From the NCBI RefSeq assembly GCF_009914755.1, contig NC_060929.1: 64,000 nucleotides of DNA. One strand, 5' to 3'. Made by a program: the position numbers and the translations under genes. Position 1 is the first letter of the stretch. Each line of letters begins with the position of its first letter. The notes under the pieces were generated by a model. The model was given only the letters and a program-made list of their open reading frames with translations, made no database searches and had not been told where the DNA came from. Positions 56,405 through 64,000 of the stretch are shown here, one piece after another. The DNA comes from the human T2T-CHM13v2.0 reference genome, Homo sapiens.

Positions 56405-59189
56405 CAGGCAGATACATGAAGAAATCATTGGTCTATCCAGTGATTGTTTTGGTTTTCCACCTAATTGAAGTCTGAGGCCATTGATTGGGCATCTGCCAAA
56501 AAGGAGATAAGGCAGCAGTGCTCTTTATAAGACTAATATGCTGATTAATCAGATTGCTTTTTCTGGAAACTTTATTTACCCTAATAAACAATAATGCAAG
56601 TTATGTTAACTTGTTCAGTTTTTTGAATTCATATATTTACCATCAATACTCAATGACTTGAATTGTTTTATTTTAAAACTTGAATGTGTGCATTATATAA
56701 ATTTAAAGCAACATTCCCAAGCACTGAAAGAAAAACTATTTGGACAAAACAAATGAATGTTTATTCTCTTATTGATAGCATCAGGTTTCCTATTCAATTA
56801 CGATGGTACAGATCAATGTTTATCAATCCCTTCAGCTGCCTTCCTGACAACTCTGATGTCCCAGCTTTGTCTTGTTTCACATTTACCTCACTATTCTCAG
56901 TACCCAGCAATATGCCTCACTCATAGTAAGGGCCAAATTAATATTGGGGAACTGAACTTAATTTGAAAATGTGAAATTACAAGTGATACAGGAGAGGTCT
57001 AAAAATCCTTTAGGTGTTTATCCAGTAACATCAGTTTTATTCCTTCAACATCAGTTTTACTCCTGGAAAAGTCATTTTATAATTGAAAGAACATTTTTGC
57101 TGGTGATTCATTTGAAATTTCTCTACCTTTCATTTCATCCCATTAAATTTTATGGAGGTTTTTTGTTTCATAATTTAATACTTAAAAGTGCTTGGGATAT
57201 TGAGTCACTATGGAAGCTTTTAACTGGCCTTAGGATCTTATAGGTGAGTAAAAGTTACTTCATCCTGTTCTTACAGTCAAAATCATTGAAATTATTAATG
57301 TTGTGTTGTGTCTTCTTAAACTATTCTTGGATCATTTCTAGTCCTCATTCTCAAGGTATGGCATTAATAATCCTATAATTAACAGAACAAGGAGCCAAGG
57401 TTAAAACGATTTGTCCCAACCATTTTGCAGTCATGACAAGGCTAGGCTGAGAAATTGAAGCTTACAGCACTCTTCTGCCTCTCACTCTTTCTCTCTGGTG
57501 CCTAATGCCTCACAGCGGCATTAACTCACTGGTGTCATTTAGCACACTGAAGGATGATTTGCTTTTCTCAGCATGCCTGGTGCATCAACAGATGCCCTCT
57601 TGGCCTTAAAATGTCAAAGTATCTTCCCAAGTACCTGACTGCCCATGAGTGACAGATGCCAGGAGAACAGAACAGTGCACACTTCAGGATCATCAGGCTT
57701 AGCCTCTGACCCATGCTGCTCCGTATTTTCTTTTCCCCAGACTGCCTCATGCATTATAACAAATTGCATTAGCATTGAGGAGTGTTTTTCACTCTTTCAC
57801 CTGCTAAGCCTATCCCATATTAATTCCTCTCTCTCTCCTTTATACCAGCTAAAATATAATCCTCCCCTGGGAAACTTCATCTTCCTTCAGAAGGCAAAGG
57901 CATGAAGTAATCAGCCATAGCAGGGTCATAAACACCCACAATGGCTGACCTTCTGTACCGGATGCGGTAACAGGGATAATTTTTGGGAACCACTCTGTCC
58001 AGTCATTCTCAAAGCTGTCTGCACCCGAAAATTCCCTTGTAAGCTTTTTGGTTTTGTTGATAGTTTGTTAATTTGGTCGATAGACATGTTTAGAATCACA
58101 TATAAAATAATGCATTAATTTAGAAATACTTTTTTTCCCTTCAATTTCATGAAATCACTTTATGTGCTTCTGCTACATCAGCATCTTTGTTGTATTTTGA
58201 TTTATTAATGCAGTTTTCCAATGCATATTATCTTTACATCTAAGTTGTTTGAGATTCACATAGCAATTTTAATAATGTCTGTATAGGATATGTTGGCACT
58301 GGAAAATTTATGGCCCAAGCCACCTGTCCCAATTTATACAACCTTAGAATACTTCGTTGTGGCAGCGGTGGTTTCTGCCCCTGTAGATGTATATCCACAC
58401 TTCACAGTGAAACAACTAACTGTACTTTTATAGTCATTTTTTAAAGGCTGATTCACAGTGACACCCAATATTTGTAGATGTGAGGTTCTATTCTTGGAAT
58501 AGCTACTAAATCTGAGTTAAATTTCTTTCCTACTTTTTTGATATTAATTTTTGTTCAGCTGAGTCTGTCAGGTGACCTCTACAAGCATTGTTCCCAGCTT
58601 TCAAGCTACTGTATTTTCCCCCAAATAGTACAGTGCTGTCAAAATAAAGTAGTCAAGAGAGACCCCGTGGGATGAGATACTTTGCAAAGACTTAAATAGG
58701 AAGCTGCTCCTTCGTTTCCAAAGGATCATTTTGTGGGGGGACTCAAAAGCTTTTAAAATGTTTAGGTCAATGGTATTTGATCCAAGAGCTCTGAAATATG
58801 GCCAGGATATATGAATTTTTCAAATGCGTCTTATAGGACTTTTATGTAGCCATCCCAGAACAGGAGTACAAGAGCTTGTGTATGATGTGTGTGTGTGTTG
58901 GGCAAGGGCCTCTTTCCATGCCACTTCCCCTAGCCCTTCCCAAAGTAAGCAATGTTATCAGTTTGGTATGAATACTTTCATACTTTTCCTCCATCCCTAG
59001 CACATATAATGTGTGTGTGTATATATACATATATATGTATGTGTGTGTGTATATATATATATATGTATGTATGTTTGTTCAGAGTTTTCTATATTTTAAG
59101 AACATGGAATATTATAAATTACTCTGTAACTTTTTCTTTAACTTAATATTTTCTCAGAGACTGGCCTTCAAAATACATATGCCCACATA

Positions 59190-59406
59190 TGCATGGGTTT
59201 CTCAACCTCAGCATTATTGATATTTTGGGCCAGACAATTCTTTGGGGTGGGTCTCCCATGCCTTATGTTTAATGATATCCTTGACCTCTACACACTAGAT
59301 ACCAGTAGCACTCTGCCCCATTGCAACAATAAAAAATGTCTTCAAATATTTCCAAATATCCCCTGGGGTAGGGGAAACAAAAATCACTCCTAGCTGAGAA
59401 TCACTG
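59190..59406 (+). mobile_element. MER20-like hAT element
   Basis: GTTTCTCAACCTCAGCATTATTGATATTTTGGGCCAGACAATTCTTTG..GAGAATCACTG. Confidence 0.8.
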
Positions 59407-59414
59407 ATAGAGAG

Positions 59415-60015
59415 TAACTTATTCAACCATTTCTTTAGTAATGGAGATTCAGGTTATTTTCTGTTTTTTCCTTCACTCTCTGCCATAATATCCCCATATA
59501 TGTATCTTTAAATCATGTTGCTTCTGTTTCTATAGGATAGATTACCAAAATGAGATTTCTGGGGATTTCTATAAGCATTGTTAGCTTACCTTCCTAACAG
59601 CTTGTAGCAATTTACATATACCCACCACGATGTCAGAAAGTATCCCTGCACTCTAACCAGCACTTAGCAGTAGCTAACTTTTCAAAATATATATATTTGC
59701 TGGGCTGGTTATATGCATAAAAATGGTGTCCCAATGTTGCTTTGATGTTTAATTTTCCTGACCGTTTGTGAACATGTTGTCACTTATTTATTGGTCATTT
59801 GCTTTTCATGTTCCATGAAACCAATTCATATCCTTTGCCTCTTTTTATGGGTTATTTGTGTTTTTTATTTTCACCAATTTGTAGGAGTTTTTTGCTATGG
59901 ATAGTCACCCTTTTCCATAAGCATTACAAACCAGTTTTTTTCTCCAGTCAATCATTTATGTTTTGGATTTTATTTTAGATGCAATAATCCTTTTCCCATT
60001 TTATAGGGTCAATCA
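59415..60015 (-). mobile_element. Ancient L1M fragment
   Basis: TTTATTGGTCATTTG..TTCATATCCTTTGCC antisense ORF2 motifs. Confidence 0.6.
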
Positions 60016-60039
60016 TGTGAGGAAACCCCTCATTTAAAA

Positions 60040-60277
60040 TATATTGTGCCCCAGTGTGTGTAGGAGATTGGTTCCAGGACACCCACATAGACCAAATTCA
60101 GGCATATTCAAGACCTCCAGTCGGCCCTGTGGAACTCACTTATGAGAAAAGTTGACCCTCCCTATATGCAGGTTTTTAATCTGGGAATAGCGTATTTTCT
60201 ACCTGTGTTTGGTTGAAAAAAATCTGCTTGTAAGTGGGCCCACATAGTTCAAACCTGTGTTGTTCAAGGGTCAACTG
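60040..60277 (+). mobile_element. MER8-like Tigger MITE
   Basis: GATTGGTTCCAGGAC..AGTCGGCCCTGTGGAAC..GTGTTGTTCAAGGGTCAACTG followed by TA. Confidence 0.8.
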
Positions 60278-61308
60278 TATGGAATCTAAAAGGGAGAAGT
60301 GGCCTGCTCCAAGTTGCATGTTCAGTTAAATGCAGAGCAGAGATAGACACGGATCCTCACCTAGGCCCCCTTTCCTTACCCAGTGCTGCCTTCGGGAAGC
60401 TGCTCTTCCCACTCTGCTCTTATTCCACCACACTCCATCTGTGTGTGTTCACAGCAAATGGAATCAATTTGAAAACACAGGACAGCAAAGTGTAATAAAA
60501 TATCATAACACAAAAACAGCTCACATGCCTTGAGCACGTTTTTTTTTTTTTTTTTATGCTGCCCTTTTATAATAACCCAAACACCTAAGCAGTGCTTGGG
60601 GAAGAGACTGCTGTCCCACTGGAGCATAGGCAGGGTACCAGAGACAGAGCAGATGGCTGAGGGGCATTCCTGGCTGGGAATTCTGCCAGCAAACATTGGT
60701 GAGGAGGTGCAAAGCTAGTCTGAATAAGACAGCCAGGAGACTAATATGTTCAGATGGCATAATGCCTTTTCACAAACTGCTGGGCTGTTTATTCGTAGCA
60801 GAAGGAAATAAGGCTTTTAAAAAGCTCTACCTAACACCTTAAACATCATATTACAGTGGAAATCACTACCCTTTAAGAGAGTGGATGTAGTAGGAAAACA
60901 TTTCCTGAAATATCATCACATGTGCTAAAAGTATATGTTTTTGAAAACAACAAAAACATCCAAATTTTTATTCTATGTATTGAGATATTGAGCCCCTTGA
61001 TTTCTGTATGCATGATTTGCAGCACTGTTTAATACATGCCTGCAGCTGGATACCAAAAGAAATGTAGTATGGTGACCATGAGTTTCTGTGTTTAATAGCA
61101 CATTGAGAAAAATGGAAGTCAGATGGCCCATTTCTGCTGTATCACTCTATTAGGTTTCTGTATGGCTTTGGGGAAGGCAGTCAAAGCATTAATGTTTGTT
61201 CATGCCTGGCCATTGCAAACACATATTGATGCAAAGTGAACAACAAACACTGGGAAATTTTAGCTTAGATGAGACATGTTTTTCAGAAGTTTGTCTGGAT
61301 GACTAAGG

Positions 61309-61511
61309 CAGTGATTTTCAACCAGGATGGTGGGAGGTGGGTGGAGAAGATATTTTAAAATGACACATTTCACCCAGGATTCTGATAATCCCTTTATAAG
61401 GCATCCTATCCATCACCTCCACACAAATGACAATCAGGTAAGCCAATTATAGTTGGAAATGGATAATGCATCTCAGGTGAATTGAGCATGGAAAAGGATT
61501 GAGAACTACTG
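61309..61511. mobile_element. hAT-Charlie MITE
   Basis: TIR-like ends CAGTGATTTTCAACC / GATTGAGAACTACTG. Confidence 0.55.
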
Positions 61512-61563
61512 ATCTAAAACCTCAAAGAGATTTCTTCAAGTAGAAACCAGCCTGGCAAATTTA

Positions 61564-61566
<3 letters not shown>

Positions 61567-61606
<40 letters not shown>
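61567..61606. repeat. (AC)20 perfect microsatellite
   Basis: Direct read. Confidence 0.97.
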
Positions 61607-61608
<2 letters not shown>

Positions 61609-62424
61609 CAATGCTATTAATATTAAAAGGCAGCTATAGGCAAGACTGAGCTAGGCACAGTGAAGTGTGCAAATGAAGACTTTTTCTATGTACTTTTATT
61701 CAACTTTCAGCCAAAATCCTGAGCCCAACATAATACTATTGACCATACAAATAATTATGGAAGATCTATTAGGGGGAGATTATGCTTTAAAATGTCTAAT
61801 GGTTGATCCTTACCCTCTGGAGGCTCACAGTCTAATTGATGTACTCAGGCAAGTACACAAAGAGAAACAACACAAAGCAAGGTCTGCCATCCTTATCCTC
61901 CCACTGCAAATACATAGAAATAATTCCCACTGGAGAAACCCATAATTACCAAAATGAAGATCAAGAATACAAGGAATGCTGATAACTTTGAGAAATCAAT
62001 CACTAGAGAGCTAGACGTAGGAAGCCAGATTACAGGAATTCCAAGAGTCGGAGTGGGGTGAATAAAAAGAGATAGTGAGCCTAACTAAAGTATTTATTGT
62101 GAAAGCTTAAAATAAAGAGAACAAATAAAGATGATCCTAGGAGAGACCTGGAGATTGTTCACAGAAAGAGCAGACGGTGCTACAACGGGAAAGATTAAGG
62201 ATGGCGCTGGGGAAGTGGGAGTTCCTGAGGATGGAGGTGGATGAGGTGCAAATGGACAAGCACCTCAGTTGGAGGGCTGGCATCCAGACGTTGTCGTCCA
62301 ACCCCCACTTTTTAGACTTTTCCTATTTTTTTTCTAAGGGAATTACTCTGCCAGCTTTTTAGCTTGGATTAAGTCAATTTGGGTAAACTTTATTTTTTGA
62401 AAAAAAGTATTATTTTCAGTTGTC

Positions 62425-62802
<378 letters not shown>

Positions 62803-62989
62803 TGAATTAGAAAGCAGTTGTTCTTTCTGTTATTCAAAAGGAATTTCTTGAAACATTTATTTATTTACATTCTAATTGACAAAATGTCTTGAAAACAGGT
62901 CATGCTAGTCTTCCAACTTTTCTTTTTCGAAGTTGTTTTAGCATTGATATAATCTGTAGTGCTGTTTAACTTTTTGAATATACAGAATA

Positions 62990-63719
62990 CAATTATAATC
63001 AGTCTTTTCTACTAATTATCATATTTATATCAGTAAATATTCTTGAGTTTTGTCCTGGGATGCAGTTAAGTTACTTAGAAACAGTTTGATCCTTTCTGGA
63101 TCTTGCTTTTAAGATGTGTTAAGTGGTACTGGACCAATGCTCAGTCCAGAGTTAAATATTCTTCATTACTGAGTCAACACCCTCTGCATACTCTACTCTG
63201 TGCTCCGTGAATCATGAGGTTTTCCATTCTGGATGGTGGGAACAGACACTGTTACATGTCCTGCATGAGTACTATTACCTCTAATTCTCTTAGGTGATTC
63301 TCCTCTCAGGTAGTTTCTTCAAGTGCATGTGTTATCAGTACTCACTGAATACTTGAGGGGATCCCTACACAGATCTCTGTAGTTATCTCTCTGTGCAGCA
63401 TTCTCCTCTTTGATACTCTATCCTGCAAAATGTGGGCGCCTTGGACTCCCTGAACTCTCAGCAATGTTTCCTCAATTCAGAAAATCCATTGTCCCTCCCC
63501 GCATCATGGCTTGGAAACTGTCTTCCAGCTTCAGCTTGGAAACAACCATAGGGCCCCCCATATTTGTTTTTGTCTCTCTGGATCACTGTCCTTCATTCAG
63601 CATCTTGAAAATTTTTTTTATGTATTTTGTCTGGATTTTTTGCTGTTATTGTCTTTGTTGTTTCAAATGGGAGGGTAACCCAATCCCTGTTTTGCCATCT
63701 TGGCTGGAAGTGGAAGTCC
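62990..63719 (-). mobile_element. Old L1M (MC/MD-like) 5' end
   Basis: Ends GCCATCTTGGCTGGAAGTGGAAGTC (reverse of an L1M 5' start with CAAGATGGC); CTGGGATGCAGTTAAGTTACTT motif. Confidence 0.65.
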
Positions 63720-64000
63720 ACAATATTTTGTAAGGATGGTAAATTATTCATTAAACATTTTCTGGAATTTTAGTTAATTGAACAAATATATAGATAGAGT
63801 AAAACCAGTTTGGCTGTAGGTTTTTAAAAATCATGTGAGAAGAGTAATTATGTCGTGTCCCTGGAAGTTTCTTATAGCACAAATGAAAATGTCTTCTCTT
63901 GTTTACACAGTGGCAGCAAATCATCATGGCCTGGATTCCAGCCCCGCTTTTGAACTTAGATGCACATTTCCCAGACAATAATCTGGAAGATGCAGTATTG

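Noticed and set aside
57027-57065. 20-bp tandem duplication
   Set aside because: Ordinary slippage event.

Overview
Human genomic DNA: an AluYa5 carrying all five subfamily diagnostics is human-specific. The window is intergenic or deep intronic and mostly interspersed repeats. I find no supportable host protein-coding exon, RNA gene or CRISPR array; the long ORFs derive from L1, Alu or microsatellite sequence. Main content: a full-length but inactivated L1PA3/L1PA4-type element inserted in the A-rich linker of an AluJ (2265-8405); an older 5'-truncated L1PA13-16-like element hosting three later insertions; a twin-primed (5'-inverted) L1PA4-like copy; further L1 fragments; many solo LTRs (MER41-, MER57-, MER34/39-, MER77-like, THE1, MST, MLT1, MLT2); MIR, L2, DNA-transposon relics and STRs. 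I cannot support a new biological system. The most noteworthy observations are (i) two near-perfect ~40-bp-stem hairpins and two other templated-insertion scars with a readable template-switch origin, and (ii) five unusual variants, including an ORF2 frameshift, shared by two L1 copies ~25 kb apart. Subfamily names come from recalled consensus motifs and need RepeatMasker/Dfam confirmation. Boundaries of old repeats are approximate.
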